Positions 50,767-63,839 of a stretch of 64,000 nt of DNA are shown here, one piece after another. Each line of letters starts with the position of its first letter. The first letter of the stretch is position 1. Position numbers and translations under genes: made by a program. The DNA is taken from contig JBMOMC010000002.1 in the NCBI GenBank assembly GCA_049325335.1, positions 352,001-416,000 of the forward strand. Reading direction: 5' to 3'. Origin of the DNA: Nitrospirota bacterium. Lineage in GTDB: Bacteria; Nitrospirota; Nitrospiria; 2-01-FULL-66-17. Under the pieces are notes generated by a model. The model was not told the origin of the DNA. It saw only the letters and a list, made by a program, of their open reading frames with translations, and searched no databases.

Positions 50767-51420
50767 ATGGTGACCACGGGACCGGTCGGCTCCAGCGAAG
50801 GCAAAGGGTTGTTGTTCGTGGTCTCCGCGCCGTCGGGGGCGGGGAAAACCACGTTGTGCCGCGAAGTCGCGAACCTGGTCCCGGGGTTGCGGCACTCGGT
50901 GTCGTACACCACCCGTAAACCGCGTCCGGGTGAAACGGACGGTCGGGACTACTTCTTCCTGGACGAAGGCGGGTTTCGCAAAAAAGCGGAACGCGGGGAG
51001 TTCATCGAGTGGGCGGAAGTGCACGGCAATCTGTACGGCACGCCGTGGGACCAAATCCTCATGCACGGCGAACAAGGCGTGGATTTGATCCTGGATATCG
51101 ACGCGCAGGGCGCGATGCAGCTCAAAAAAAAGGAGGTCGAGGGGGTCTACATATATATCCTCCCTCCGTCGTTCGAGGTGCTCAAGGCCCGGTTGATGGA
51201 GCGTAAGTCGGACACGCCCGAGGAAATCGCGCGTCGGTTGCGCAAAGCGCGCGAGGAAATTTGGAGCTATCGCGAGTATTATTACCTCATCATCAACGAC
51301 GACGTGAAACGCGCGATGCTCGAACTGCAGTCGATCATCATCTCGGAACGGATCAAGATGAAACGCATGAATTTTTCGTGGATCGAAGACTCATTCATCA
51401 AGAATAAGGAGGTGTTCTGA
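50767..51420 (+). CDS. gmk: Guanylate kinase
   Basis: SAPSGAGKTT, SYTTRKPRPGE, YGT, DIDAQGA. Confidence 0.96.
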   Translation: MVTTGPVGSSEGKGLLFVVSAPSGAGKTTLCREVANLVPGLRHSVSYTTRKPRPGETDGRDYFFLDEGGFRKKAERGEFIEWAEVHGNLYGTPWDQILMHGEQGVDLILDIDAQGAMQLKKKEVEGVYIYILPPSFEVLKARLMERKSDTPEEIARRLRKAREEIWSYREYYYLIINDDVKRAMLELQSIIISERIKMKRMNFSWIEDSFIKNKEVF

Positions 51421-51421
51421 C

Positions 51422-51787
51422 GTGGAAATCATCGAACTCCCGATTAAGCTGGACGAAACGGCCCTGGACTCCCGCTACCGCATGGTGGTGATCGGCGCGC
51501 AGCGCGCCCGGCAACTGATGGAAGGCGCGCGCGCCAGCGAGCATACCAAGTACGCCAAGGCCACGACCGTGGCGTTGGAAGAGTTTCTGGCCGGCGAGCT
51601 CAGGTTCGTCACGGGCAAGGAGGCGCGTTTGGCCCAACGCGACGCGCGCAAGAAACGCGAGGAACTGATGCGGCGTCGCGCGTTGTTGGAGCGCGAAGAG
51701 GAAATCAGCGCCGAGATCAAGAAAGACCTGTCGGTGTACATCGACGATTCGGCGCGGCGAGCCTCCGAGACGCCGGGGCCGGCCTAA
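51422..51787 (+). CDS. rpoZ: RNA polymerase omega subunit with C-terminal extension
   Basis: SRYRMVVIGAQRARQL..K.TTVALEE; between gmk and coaBC. Confidence 0.9.
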   Translation: MEIIELPIKLDETALDSRYRMVVIGAQRARQLMEGARASEHTKYAKATTVALEEFLAGELRFVTGKEARLAQRDARKKREELMRRRALLEREEEISAEIKKDLSVYIDDSARRASETPGPA

Positions 51788-51796
51788 CGTCACGGC

Positions 51797-52999
51797 ATGT
51801 TGAGCGGGCGACGCATCCTGTTGGGGGTCACGGGGAGCATCGCCGCGTATAAAGCGGTCTCGCTGTTGCGGCGGCTGACCGCGCTGGGCGCGGAGGTCAC
51901 GGTCGTCATGACCGAGTCGGCCACGCGTTTCGTGGGCCCCCTGACCTTCCAGACCCTGTCCGGCCGCCCGGTCTACTACAACCTGTTCGAACCACGCGAA
52001 GAAATCCTCCACCTCACCTTGGCCGACACGGCCGACGTGTTTGTGATCGCGCCGGCCACCGCCAACACGATCGCGAAGTTGGCCGCCGGCGCCGCGGACG
52101 ATTTGCTGTCGGCCCTCGCGCTCGCGGCGCGCGGGCCGGTGGTGTTGGCGCCCGCCATGGACGCGGTGATGTGGGAACACCGGTTGGTGCAGCGCAATCT
52201 GGCCGCGTTGCGTGACGGCGGGATGACGGTGGTGCCTCCCGAGTCCGGTTCGTTGGCCTCCGGCCTGGTGGGCCCCGGGCGGTTGGCGTCGGAGGAGGCG
52301 ATCATCGCGGCGGTGACGGCTCGGTTGGGCGCCGGTGGGAACTGGTCCCGCGAACGCGTGGTGGTGACCGCCGGCCCGACCAGCGAGCCGATCGACCCGG
52401 TGCGCACGATTACCAACCGATCATCGGGGAAAATGGGGTACGCCGTGGCCGCGGCCGCGTCCAAGCGCGGCGCCGCGGTCACGTTGATCAGCGGGCCGAC
52501 CCGGATGGCGCCGCCGCCCGGCATGTCGGTGGTGTGGGTGGAGACCGCGGAGGAGATGCGGCGCGCGGTGCTCGATCACGTGGGCAAGGCCACCACCCTG
52601 ATCATGGCCGCGGCCGTGGCGGACTTCCGTCCGAAAACGATTCATCCCGAAAAAATGAAGAAGCGGGCCGCGCCGGTGACGCTGGAACTCGTGCCCACTG
52701 AAGATATCCTGGCGGCGGTGGCGAATCGCCGGGGCGAGTTGTTCGTGGTGGGGTTCGCGGCGGAAACGGACCGAGTCATCGAACACGCGTCCGAGAAACT
52801 CAAGGCGAAGCGGTTGGATCTGATCGTGGCCAACGACGTGTCGATTCCGGGGATTGGATTCGGGGCGGATGCCAACGAGGTGATCCTGATCGACCGAACC
52901 GGCGCGGTCACGCCCCTCCCACGCCTTCCCAAGTCCGAGGTGGCGGAGCGGATCTTGGATCGCGTGGAATCGCTCCGCGCCCCGTCACCGGAACCATAG
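51797..52999 (+). CDS. coaBC: Bifunctional PPC decarboxylase/PPC synthetase
   Basis: GVTGSIAAYK, APATAN, APAM, TAGPT.EPIDPVR, SSGKMG, GFAAET. Confidence 0.96.
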   Translation: MLSGRRILLGVTGSIAAYKAVSLLRRLTALGAEVTVVMTESATRFVGPLTFQTLSGRPVYYNLFEPREEILHLTLADTADVFVIAPATANTIAKLAAGAADDLLSALALAARGPVVLAPAMDAVMWEHRLVQRNLAALRDGGMTVVPPESGSLASGLVGPGRLASEEAIIAAVTARLGAGGNWSRERVVVTAGPTSEPIDPVRTITNRSSGKMGYAVAAAASKRGAAVTLISGPTRMAPPPGMSVVWVETAEEMRRAVLDHVGKATTLIMAAAVADFRPKTIHPEKMKKRAAPVTLELVPTEDILAAVANRRGELFVVGFAAETDRVIEHASEKLKAKRLDLIVANDVSIPGIGFGADANEVILIDRTGAVTPLPRLPKSEVAERILDRVESLRAPSPEP

Positions 53000-53137
53000 C
53001 CCGGCGGGGCGGGCGTGACCCGAGTCCGACCGATCTGGTTGACTTTCTTCATGAAGTTGGTAAGATGAGGGCCGTTTCCCGCGGTCTCTGACGCACGAAC
53101 CGCTCGTCACGGGATCCGAAACGCCAGGGAGGGCCGT

Positions 53138-54346
53138 TTGTCGAACACGAACGAAACCCGGTCGCCGGAACTCCAGAAACTCGAAGAAAAGCTTCGTAAA
53201 GACCCGACGAGTAAGCTGTTCTTCCCGTTGGCGGAAGAATACGCCAAGATCGGCCGGGTGGACGAAGCCATCGCGCTGTTGCGAACCGGCGTGAAGGCGC
53301 ACCCGGACTTCTTGGGGGCGCGGGTGGCGCTGGGAAAAGCCTTGTTCAGGAAAGGCCTGCACGTCGAGGCCCGACAGGAATTCGAGCAGGTCATTGCCGC
53401 GAACCCCGACAATCTGATGGCCCACAAGAAGTTGGCCGCGATCTACCTCAAGGACGGCGAGAGGGACAAAGCCCTGGCTTCGTGTGAGATCATCTTGGCG
53501 GTCAACCGGGTTGATGCCGAGGTGTTGCGGCTCAAGGAAGAGATCAACCGGTTGCCGGATCAGGCGGCTGACGTCGAGCCAACCGTGGTGGCGCACGCCC
53601 CGCCGTCCGTCGAGGAGGCCACGCCATTACTCGAGGAGGCGGTCGAACCCACGGTCATCATGGCGCCCGTCGCCAGTGACTCCGATATTGCGGACGCCAC
53701 GGAGATCGTGTCGCGACCGGATGAACCGCCCAGGGCGGTGATGGAACCCACGGCCGAGGTGAGGGGGGACGAGTCGTGGGTGGAGCCGACCGTGGTGATG
53801 GAACCCGCGGCCGAGGCGAGGGGAGGCGAGTCGTGGGTGGAGCCGACCGTGGTGATGGCGCCCGTTGCGAACGACTCCGATATCGCGGAAGCGACCGACG
53901 TGCGGTCGGTGTCGGGTGAACCACCGGTGACATCCGGGGTGTCGGACGAACCCGATGGGCACATCGCCGGCGAGCCGGGTAGTGATGATCTGGCCACGGT
54001 ATCGCTGGCGGATCTCTACGTGGCGCAGGGCCATTACGACCAAGGCATCGCCATCTATCGACGGTTGTTGGAGCGGACGCCCGCGGATCACGACATGGCC
54101 GCGAAACTGGACAACGCGCTGACCTTGGCGCGGCTGTTGTCGCCGACGCCGGTGGACGCCGACGAGGTCAAGTCTGAAATCGTGTCCCAGGTCTTGGGCG
54201 GGGGAGACGACATGGGAATGCCGGTCGCGGAGGAGGTCGCGCAGCCCTCGGTGGTGGGCGCCGCGGCCGGGCCGTTGCGCCATCAGGCCGCGATTCACCG
54301 TCTCGAGCTGTGGTTGGCTCGCATCGCAGAAAGGCGTCATCGATGA
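53138..54346 (+). CDS. TPR protein with acidic repetitive linker
   Basis: DPTSKLFFPLAEEY N-terminal TPRs, TVSLADLYVAQG, LELWLARI; TTG start after SD. Confidence 0.8.
   Translation: MSNTNETRSPELQKLEEKLRKDPTSKLFFPLAEEYAKIGRVDEAIALLRTGVKAHPDFLGARVALGKALFRKGLHVEARQEFEQVIAANPDNLMAHKKLAAIYLKDGERDKALASCEIILAVNRVDAEVLRLKEEINRLPDQAADVEPTVVAHAPPSVEEATPLLEEAVEPTVIMAPVASDSDIADATEIVSRPDEPPRAVMEPTAEVRGDESWVEPTVVMEPAAEARGGESWVEPTVVMAPVANDSDIAEATDVRSVSGEPPVTSGVSDEPDGHIAGEPGSDDLATVSLADLYVAQGHYDQGIAIYRRLLERTPADHDMAAKLDNALTLARLLSPTPVDADEVKSEIVSQVLGGGDDMGMPVAEEVAQPSVVGAAAGPLRHQAAIHRLELWLARIAERRHR
53737..53858 (+). repeat. 57-bp in-frame tandem duplication
   Basis: GGTGATGGAACCC..GTCGTGGGTGGAGCCGACCGT at 53737 and 53794 (19-aa unit). 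Confidence 0.85.
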
Positions 54347-54699
54347 ATCTTGCCGCGTCGCTGCAGTCGATTCTGAACGATATCGATGACGCCGAGGGCA
54401 TCGCGTTGATCGGGCTCGACGGCATCATCGTCAACGAAGTGAAACGAACGCCGGGAATAGACCTCAACACGCTCGCGGCCGAATACTGTGGGTTGTGGCG
54501 CGAGATGGATCGCGTGTCGGGCGGATTGTCGTTCGGGGCGACCGAGGAGTGTTCGATCGCCAGCGAGGGGCGGACGTTGTTGTTTCGACGCGTGACCCCG
54601 GAATATTTTCTCGCCTTGTCGATGGGCCGAAACGCCAACGCCGGCAAGGGCCGGTTCCTGCTGCGATACGCCGCGCCCCAACTGGCCAGGGAACTGTGA
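54343..54699 (+). CDS. Roadblock/LC7 domain protein (MglB/MglC-like)
   Basis: GIALIGLDGIIV, GKGRFLLR; 118 aa. Confidence 0.85.
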   Translation: MNLAASLQSILNDIDDAEGIALIGLDGIIVNEVKRTPGIDLNTLAAEYCGLWREMDRVSGGLSFGATEECSIASEGRTLLFRRVTPEYFLALSMGRNANAGKGRFLLRYAAPQLAREL

Positions 54700-55187
54700 C
54701 CGCTCGCCTCGCGCGGAGGCGGCTGCCGCGGATTCTCGTGTTGCACGGCCCGAATCTCAATCTCCTCGGCGTTCGGGAGCCCGATCTCTACGGCGTTCGT
54801 TCGTTGAAGGACGTCAACGAGATGATCCGCGCGGCGGCCAAAAACGCGGGGGCCGAGGTGGAGATCCGCCAGTCCAACCATGAGGGGGAGTTGGTGGCGT
54901 GGATTCAGGACGCCGGGGATCGGTTCGACGCCGTGGTGCTCAACGCCGCGGCCTACACCCATACTAGTATCGCGATCCGTGACGCGATCGCGGCGGTGCG
55001 TATCCCCACCGTCGACGTGCACCTGTCCAATATTCACGCCCGGGAACCGTTCCGCCGCCACTCGCACATTGCGGAAGTGGCGGTCGGTCAGGTCAGCGGC
55101 TTCGGCGCCCACAGCTACGCGCTCGGCATCGAGGCCGCGGTTCATTATCTCCGAAATCGTTCCAACGGCCCCGCGTCCGGGGTCTGA
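54696..55187 (+). CDS. aroQ: Type II 3-dehydroquinate dehydratase
   Basis: HGPNLNLLG.REP..YG, QSNHEG, THTSIA, HLSN..RE.FR. Confidence 0.95.
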   Translation: MTARLARRRLPRILVLHGPNLNLLGVREPDLYGVRSLKDVNEMIRAAAKNAGAEVEIRQSNHEGELVAWIQDAGDRFDAVVLNAAAYTHTSIAIRDAIAAVRIPTVDVHLSNIHAREPFRRHSHIAEVAVGQVSGFGAHSYALGIEAAVHYLRNRSNGPASGV

Positions 55188-55232
55188 CCGATTCGGTCGC
55201 ATCAGCGCGTTGCGCATGAAGGAGACGAGTCA

Positions 55233-55799
55233 GTGATTGTCACAACCGATTTTCGCAATGGTTTGAAACTGGAAGTGGACGGCGAACCCATGGAAATCAT
55301 CGATTACCAGCACGTGAAACCGGGCAAGGGCGGGGCGTTCGTTCGCACCAAGATGCGCAATCTCAAAACCGGCAACGTGTTGGAGCGCACGTTTCGATCG
55401 GGCGAGAAATTCGAAGACCCGCAGGTCCAAGAGCGGAAAATGCAGTACCTCTATCTCCAAGACGGGAACTACCACTTCATGGACACGGATTCGTACGAAC
55501 AGTTGTTTCTGTCCAAGGAGCAGATGGGAGACTCGTGGCAGTTTCTCAAGGAGAACATGGAGGTCGATATCCTGTTTTGCAAAGGCAAGCCGCTCGGCGT
55601 CAGCTTGCCATTGTTCGTGGAGTTGGCGATCGTAGACACGGCGCCGGGCATCCGGGGCGACACTGCAACCGGCGGCACCAAGCCCGCCACGCTCGAGTCC
55701 GGCGGGGTCGTGAAGGTGCCCTTTCACATCGGGCCGGGGACCGTCATCAAAGTCGATACCCGGACCAAAGCGTACGTCGAGCGGGTCAAGGGGCCATGA
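55233..55799 (+). CDS. efp: Elongation factor P
   Basis: [32 protein letters not shown]. Confidence 0.97.
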   Translation: MIVTTDFRNGLKLEVDGEPMEIIDYQHVKPGKGGAFVRTKMRNLKTGNVLERTFRSGEKFEDPQVQERKMQYLYLQDGNYHFMDTDSYEQLFLSKEQMGDSWQFLKENMEVDILFCKGKPLGVSLPLFVELAIVDTAPGIRGDTATGGTKPATLESGGVVKVPFHIGPGTVIKVDTRTKAYVERVKGP

Positions 55800-56254
55800 A
55801 TCTTCGCGAGATCAAAGAACTCATTGATTTGGTCAAAACCAGCGAGTTGACCGAACTGGAGTGGGAGCGATCCGGCGTGCGCGTCCGAATCTGCCGCGCG
55901 CCGGCGCCGATCGTGCGGCACTTGGCATCGGAGGGCGCGGTCGTCGCGGGGAATGTGCCGCAGGGCGCGCCGGCCGGGGAGGCGGGCGACGCCGCCTCCG
56001 CGAAGGAAGCGAGCGGAGTGGCCATCCGTTCGCCGATCGTCGGGACCTTCTACCGCGCCGCATCGCCCGAGGCCCCTCCCTACGTGGAAGTCGGCGACCG
56101 CGTTCGCCGAGGGCAGATCCTGTGCATCGTGGAGGCCATGAAGCTCCTGAATGAAATCGAGTCGGAGGTTGACGGCGTGGTCGCGGAGATTTTGATCGAA
56201 AACGCGCGGCCGGTCGAGTATGGCGAGGTCCTCTTCCGCATCGAGCCCACTTGA
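55796..56254 (+). CDS. accB: Biotin carboxyl carrier protein
   Basis: [12 protein letters not shown] biotinylation motif, PVEYG. Confidence 0.95.
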   Translation: MNLREIKELIDLVKTSELTELEWERSGVRVRICRAPAPIVRHLASEGAVVAGNVPQGAPAGEAGDAASAKEASGVAIRSPIVGTFYRAASPEAPPYVEVGDRVRRGQILCIVEAMKLLNEIESEVDGVVAEILIENARPVEYGEVLFRIEPT

Positions 56255-56378
56255 GAGCCTGGCGATGAACGGTCATCTGCGGCGTTGTCGCTGCGCTTCG
56301 GGTGCTCACGTACACACGGAGTACGCTCCGATCCGGTGCTCGCTCCGCCTTGCATCTGACGCGTTCCTCACCAGGCTC
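56255..56378 (+). repeat. Structured intergenic repeat, copy C
   Basis: GAGCCTGG/CCAGGCTC termini with the shared core motifs; starts at the first base after the accB stop. Confidence 0.9.
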
Positions 56379-56417
56379 CGAGGGTAGTGCCCTCGGAACA
56401 GAAGAAAAAAGAGAAGA

Positions 56418-57782
56418 ATGGCGGGGCTATTTAAAAAGATATTGATTGCCAACCGCGGCGAGATTGCGCTGCGGATCATTCGTTCCTGTCGCGATCTCGG
56501 CATCCAGACCGTGGTGGCTTACTCCGAGGCCGACGCCGAGAGCCTGCCCGTTCAACTCGCCGACCAACGAGTGTGTATCGGCCCGCCGGACGCGGGGTTG
56601 AGTTACCGAAACATTCCGAACATCTTGAGCGCGGCCGAGATCACGGGCGCCGAAGCGATCCATCCCGGGTATGGATTTTTGGCTGAAAACGCCCAGTTTG
56701 CCGAGGCGTGTGAAGCGGCCGGCCTCAAATTTATCGGGCCGTCGCCCGAGAGCATCGCGCTGATGGGCGACAAGGCCAAGGCGCGCGAGTTGATGATCAA
56801 GCATGGGGTGCCCGTGATCCCCGGCAGCACGGGCGCGGTGCGCGACGAAGCGGACGCGCGCGAGACGGCCAAGCGCATCGGGTATCCCGTGATCGTCAAG
56901 GCCTCCGCGGGCGGCGGCGGGCGGGGGATGCGCGTGGTGAACCAGGAGGACGATCTCCTCAAGGCCCTACAGACCGCGCAGACCGAGGCCAAGTCCGCGT
57001 TCGGCGACGACTCGGTGTATCTGGAGAAGTATTTCATCGATCCGCGGCACATTGAAGTTCAGATCCTGGCCGACAAGAAGGGCCATACGATCGCGTTGGG
57101 CGAACGGGATTGCTCCATCCAACGGCGGCATCAAAAGCTGCTCGAAGAGTCGCCCTCGCCGGCCGTCAGCCCGGAGTTGCGACGCGAGATGATGAAGGTG
57201 GCGATCGACGCAGTTAAGGCCGCCAAGTACGTCAACACCGGAACGGTCGAGTTCTTGTTGGATAAACATCAGCGGTTCTACTTCATCGAAATGAACACCC
57301 GGATTCAGGTGGAGCACCCCGTGACCGAAATGGTCGTGGATATGGACCTGATCAAAGAACAGATCATGGTCGCGTCGGGCCGCCCGCTCGCGATCAAACA
57401 GCGGGACGTGAAGCTGCGCGGCCACGCCATCGAATGCCGGATCAACGCAGAGGACCCGGAGCGCTTCACCCCGTCGCCCGGGACTATCTCGGTGTACCAC
57501 GTGCCCGGCGGGCCCGGCGTGCGCGTGGATTCCGCGGCGTACCCAGGGTGCGTAATCTCGCCCCACTACGATTCCCTGGTAGCCAAGGTGATCGTCACCG
57601 GGGAGACGCGGTTGGAGGCCATTGCCCGGATGAAACGCGCGCTCGCGGAGTTTCGAATCGAAGGCATCAAAACCACGATCCCGCTGCAACGGCGGATTAT
57701 GGACGACCCGAATTTCATCAAGGGCAAGTTCTCCACGGGGTTTCTGGAACGGTTCCTGTCGGCCGACGAACCGGCCGCGTAG
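56418..57782 (+). CDS. accC: Biotin carboxylase
   Basis: [49 protein letters not shown]. Confidence 0.97.
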   Translation: MAGLFKKILIANRGEIALRIIRSCRDLGIQTVVAYSEADAESLPVQLADQRVCIGPPDAGLSYRNIPNILSAAEITGAEAIHPGYGFLAENAQFAEACEAAGLKFIGPSPESIALMGDKAKARELMIKHGVPVIPGSTGAVRDEADARETAKRIGYPVIVKASAGGGGRGMRVVNQEDDLLKALQTAQTEAKSAFGDDSVYLEKYFIDPRHIEVQILADKKGHTIALGERDCSIQRRHQKLLEESPSPAVSPELRREMMKVAIDAVKAAKYVNTGTVEFLLDKHQRFYFIEMNTRIQVEHPVTEMVVDMDLIKEQIMVASGRPLAIKQRDVKLRGHAIECRINAEDPERFTPSPGTISVYHVPGGPGVRVDSAAYPGCVISPHYDSLVAKVIVTGETRLEAIARMKRALAEFRIEGIKTTIPLQRRIMDDPNFIKGKFSTGFLERFLSADEPAA

Positions 57783-57784
57783 CC

Positions 57785-57921
57785 GCCTGTCCATGAGCGG
57801 GCATCTGCGGCGTTGTCCCTGCGCGTCCGCTCCTCACGGTTTTCGTAGGGGCGTACGGCCGTACGCCCCCTACACGTGCGGGCGCTCGGTCTGCCTTGCA
57901 TCTGCCCGCTCCTGAACAGGC
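57785..57921 (+). repeat. Structured intergenic repeat, copy D, with nested GTAG-type REP palindrome
   Basis: GCCTGT/ACAGGC termini; GTAGGGGCGTACGGCCGTACGCCCCCTAC at 57845-57873 replaces the central hairpin. Confidence 0.9.
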
Positions 57922-57961
57922 TTACTTGCCGCTGGGTTCAAATTGGTGAACGAGTCCTAGG

Positions 57962-58573
57962 GTGTTTACTTCGCCGCTGTACTGGATCGCCGACGCCTCG
58001 TTGGTCGGCGATCGGCCGCTCGTTGAATTGGCCGAATCAGCGATCGCGGCGGGTCTGCGCGTCGTGCAATATCGCGACAAGACGCGGTCACAACGCGACC
58101 GGTACCCCATCGCCCTTACGCTCGCCGACGTGGCCCGCCGAACGGGTTCAACGTTGTTGATCAACGACGACATCGATCTGGCGCTGGCGGTCGAGGCCCA
58201 CGGCGTACACCTGGGGCAAGACGATTTCCCGGTCGCCGAGGCCCGTCGGATCCTGGGCCGGAATATGCTCATCGGCTGCTCCGCGCACACTATTGAGCAA
58301 GCCGTTGCCGCGGAAGCGGACGGCGCGGATTATCTCGGGGTGGGGCCGATCTACGAGTCGACGACCAAGATGGCGCGCGCGCCCCTGGGGTGCGATCAGC
58401 TCCGAGACATCTGCCGCGCGGTGACGATTCCCGTCTACGCGATCGGAGGCATCACGGTGGAGCGGTGCGGCGACGTGCTGGCGGCCGGGGCCCGGGGCGT
58501 TGCCGTGGCGTCGGGGTTGCTCCCGCGCATCGACGAGCAATCCGCCGCCTTCCTGAAGGCGTTGGAAGCCTGA
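57962..58573 (+). CDS. thiE: Thiamine phosphate synthase
   Basis: QYRDK, INDD, GVHLGQDD, GADY.GVGPI..STTK, AIGGI. Confidence 0.93.
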   Translation: MFTSPLYWIADASLVGDRPLVELAESAIAAGLRVVQYRDKTRSQRDRYPIALTLADVARRTGSTLLINDDIDLALAVEAHGVHLGQDDFPVAEARRILGRNMLIGCSAHTIEQAVAAEADGADYLGVGPIYESTTKMARAPLGCDQLRDICRAVTIPVYAIGGITVERCGDVLAAGARGVAVASGLLPRIDEQSAAFLKALEA

Positions 58574-58639
58574 CGGTCTTGACAACCCAGAACAGGCCCG
58601 CCTAGCATGGATTTATTGGCGGTCATGGTGGTTCGGACG

Positions 58640-60325
<1,686 letters not shown>

Positions 60326-61493
60326 GGGCCGACAACGCGAGGGTCAGGTCATCCGGCGCGTGCGTGGCGAGGACCGATGTCCTGAGGCGGGCCGTGCCCG
60401 CCGGAACCGTGGGCGGCCGGATCGCGGGCGCGTAGACGCCCTCATCCGCCAACGCCGCCGCCACGCGCAGGGCCAGGCGGTCGTCGCCGATTCGCAGCGG
60501 GACGATGGGCGAGGCGCTGCCGAACGTGTCGAACCCCAGGCCCCGTACACCGTGACGCCAGTGACGCGTGTTGGCCCACAGGCGCTCGCGTCGGTCCGGC
60601 TCGTCGCGGAGCACGTCAATCGCTTCGAGCGCGGCGGCCGCGATTGCGGACGGGAGCGCGGTGGTGTAGATGAACGTGCGCGCGCGATTGAGCACGTAGT
60701 CGATGAGCACTCGCGGTCCGGCCACGAACCCGCCCAGCGCGCCGAGCGCCTTGCTCAGGGTCCCCGTCTGGACGATGGGCCGATCGCGCAGGCTCCAGTG
60801 TTCCGACGATCCCGCGCCGCTCGATCCGAACACCCCGGTGGCGTGGGCGTCGTCCACCAGTAACAAGGCGTCGCGGCGTTCAGCCAAACTCGCCAGGTCG
60901 GGCAGGGGAGCGAGGTCTCCCTCCATGCTGAATACGCTGTCGGTGACGATCAGCGTGCGGCGGGCGGCCGTCCGTCGCGCCAGCACCGCGTCCACCTGAT
61001 CCAGCCGGTCGCGCCGGTACACCCGAAATCGCGCGCCGCTTGCGCGGCAGCCGTCGATGAGGCTGGCGTGGCAATCTCGGTCCGCCAGGATCAGGTCGCC
61101 GCGTCCCACCAGCGACGCAATGACGCCCACGTTGGCCTGATACCCGGTGGGAAATACCAATGCGGCGTCGGTGCCTTTGAGCCGCGCCAATGCCGATTCG
61201 AGTTGGTCGTGGGTCGCGCGATCACCGGTCAGCAGGCGCGACGCGCCCGCGCCGACGCCGTCGCGTTCGATCGCGCGAATCGCCGCGGCTTTGACGCGCG
61301 GATGCTCCGCGAGTCCCAGATAGTTGTTCGAGCCGAAGTTGATCAAGGACCGGCCGGTACGAGTGAGGCGCGGTCCGGCTCCGCCTTCGGTCGGGTGGAT
61401 TGTCCGGAGCCGGTCCGCGCAGCGGATCCGTTCAAGTTCCGCCCGGAACGGGGCGAACGGGTCCGGAACCGCGATGGGAGGGGATGGGCGCAT

Positions 61494-61799
61494 TCAGGCC
61501 GGTTCGATCACGCAGCGAAACGGGAATCCCGCGGCGTTCGCCGCGGCATGGACCTGGGCCTGCTTCAGCTCCGCTTGCTCGATCGGCAGGGTGGCGACGT
61601 GCGCCGCGCCGGTGGTGTGCACTTCCCACATCAGCCGCGCCGCCGTGGCCGAGTCCTTCTGGAACACATGCGTCAACACGTGCACGACGAACTCCATCGT
61701 GGTCACCGGGTCGTTCAAGAAAATGACTTTATACGGCGGGATGAGCTCGACCGTCGAGTCAACCTCGCGTTCGGGCAGTACGGGCGCGGACGCGGCCAT
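61494..61799 (-). CDS. clpS: ATP-dependent Clp protease adaptor ClpS
   Basis: PPYKVIFLNDPVTTMEFVV, MWEVH, GFP. Confidence 0.93.
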   Translation of the reverse strand: MAASAPVLPEREVDSTVELIPPYKVIFLNDPVTTMEFVVHVLTHVFQKDSATAARLMWEVHTTGAAHVATLPIEQAELKQAQVHAAANAAGFPFRCVIEPA

Positions 61800-62058
61800 A
61801 CGCAGGTGGTACCACAACCGCGAATCACCGGTCAAAGTAAATGTCCGGGTCCAACGGCGCCGCCGATCGTCCGATGTCGACGGCCGCGAGTTGATTCAGT
61901 CGAGGCGTTTCCTCGATAATACGCGTGTTCACGCGGCCGCGAGTGCGTGTCGCGGCTGACGTATGTGGAACGCGCGGTCGATGCGGTTGTATCCGTGAGG
62001 GATGGGAAGGGGCGCGGAGGCCTTTCCGTCCAGGTTGTGATTAACCAAGGGAGGCGTC

Positions 62059-62484
62059 ATGGCAAAGAATCTTCAGGGCAGTAAGACGTTGGCGAATTTA
62101 AAAGAAGGCTTCGCGGGGGAATCGCAGGCCAATCGGCGGTACCTGTATTTTGCGCGCAAGGCTGACATTGAGGGGTACCCGGACGTGGCGGGCGTGTTCC
62201 GCGATACCGCGGAAGGCGAGACGGGCCACGCGTTCGGGCACTTTGACTTCATGGCTGTGATCGGCGATCCGGTGACCGGCGTGCCGGTCGGGGACACCGA
62301 TAAGAACCTCAAATCCGCCATCGAAGGCGAAACCTACGAATACACGCAAATGTACCCGGGGTTCGCCAAAGCCGCCCGCGAGGAGGGGTTTGAGGAAATT
62401 TCCGAGTGGTTTGAAACCCTGGCGCGCGCGGAAAAATCCCACGCCGGTCGCTTCCAAAAAGCGCTCGATAGCCTGAAAAAATAA
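62059..62484 (+). CDS. Short rubrerythrin lacking a rubredoxin domain
   Basis: [33 protein letters not shown]. Confidence 0.93.
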   Translation: MAKNLQGSKTLANLKEGFAGESQANRRYLYFARKADIEGYPDVAGVFRDTAEGETGHAFGHFDFMAVIGDPVTGVPVGDTDKNLKSAIEGETYEYTQMYPGFAKAAREEGFEEISEWFETLARAEKSHAGRFQKALDSLKK

Positions 62485-62572
62485 CGGGCTGACCGACAAG
62501 GACGTGTCTTGACGAGGGGGCGCGGACCGGAACCACGGTCCGCGCCGCCATCACGCGAGGGGCCATGGAGGC

Positions 62573-63835
62573 ATGGAGGCTCAGTTTACCGATCTGAAGT
62601 TTTGGGACGCCGACGCCATGCAGTCCGAGTGGCTGCGCGTCGCGGACATCTGCCACGGTTGCCGGCGCTGTTTCAACCTATGCCCGTCGTTTTCGATCTT
62701 GTTCAACGGGATCGACGCGCTGGACGGGGAGGTTGAGAAACTCGGCGCCGCGGTCACGCGCGACGTGGTGGATGCCTGTTACTACTGCAAGCTCTGTTAC
62801 AACCACTGCCCGTACACCCCGCCCCACGAGTTTCGGTTGGATTTTCCCCTGTTGATGGTGCGCGAAAAGGCGGTCCGGGCTAAAACCCAGCGGCCGCGGT
62901 TGCGCGATCGTCTGTTGGTCAAGACCGATCTCCTTGGACACACCGCGCGCTGGGTTGCCCCGATTCTGAACCGGTTGCTACGGACCGGGTGGTTTCGAAC
63001 GGTACTCCATCGCGTCGGGGGGATTCACAAGGACCGGCGGCTGGCGCCGATCGCGTCCGAGACGTTTCCGATGTGGTTGCGCAAGCAGAACCTGCGTCGA
63101 GACGGCGAGCGCAAAGTCGCCTTGTTCGCGGGCTGCCTGACCAACTACAACTACCCGTCCATCGGGCGCGCAACCGTGCAGGTGCTGGAGAAGAACGGGG
63201 TCGCGGTGGCGTGGCCCGAACAGCGTTGCTGCGGGATGCCCTACTTCGACACCGGGGACATCGCGGCCGCGACCGAACACGCGCGCCGCAACGTGACCTC
63301 GCTCAAGGCGATGGTGGATCAGGGGTACGCCGTGGTCTCGCCGATTCCGACGTGTAGCCTGATGTTGAAGAAGGAATACCCCACGTTGTTGAACACCGAC
63401 GATGCGCGTCTGGTCGCCAAACATACCTTCGACCTTTGCGAATATCTGGTGGGCCTCCACAAGAAAGGCCAACTCTCCACCGATTTCCCGGGCCGCGTGG
63501 GCACGGTCGCCTATCAAGCCGCCTGTCACATGCGCGACCAGAACATCGGGTACAAAGCCCGCGATCTCCTGCAACTCATCCCCGGGACCACGGTGGAGGT
63601 GATCGAACGCTGCTCCGGCCACGACGGCTCGTGGAGCGTGAAGACCGAATTCTTCGGCGCGTCGATGCAGGTCGGCCAAAAAGCGTTCCGGGCGGTCAAC
63701 GCGGCCGAGGCCCAGACGCTCACGTCCGATTGCCCGTTGTCCGGGCTCCAATTGGAGCAAGCCACGGGCAAGACCAGTTGTCATCCCATTGAGTTGCTCA
63801 ACCGGGCGTACGGGTTGCCCGACCCCCGGACCTGA
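62573..63835 (+). CDS. Rubrerythrin-associated Fe-S oxidoreductase (GlpC/CCG family)
   Basis: [18 protein letters not shown]...CP, CCGMP, CSGHDG. Confidence 0.9.
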   Translation: MEAQFTDLKFWDADAMQSEWLRVADICHGCRRCFNLCPSFSILFNGIDALDGEVEKLGAAVTRDVVDACYYCKLCYNHCPYTPPHEFRLDFPLLMVREKAVRAKTQRPRLRDRLLVKTDLLGHTARWVAPILNRLLRTGWFRTVLHRVGGIHKDRRLAPIASETFPMWLRKQNLRRDGERKVALFAGCLTNYNYPSIGRATVQVLEKNGVAVAWPEQRCCGMPYFDTGDIAAATEHARRNVTSLKAMVDQGYAVVSPIPTCSLMLKKEYPTLLNTDDARLVAKHTFDLCEYLVGLHKKGQLSTDFPGRVGTVAYQAACHMRDQNIGYKARDLLQLIPGTTVEVIERCSGHDGSWSVKTEFFGASMQVGQKAFRAVNAAEAQTLTSDCPLSGLQLEQATGKTSCHPIELLNRAYGLPDPRT

Positions 63836-63839
63836 CGCG

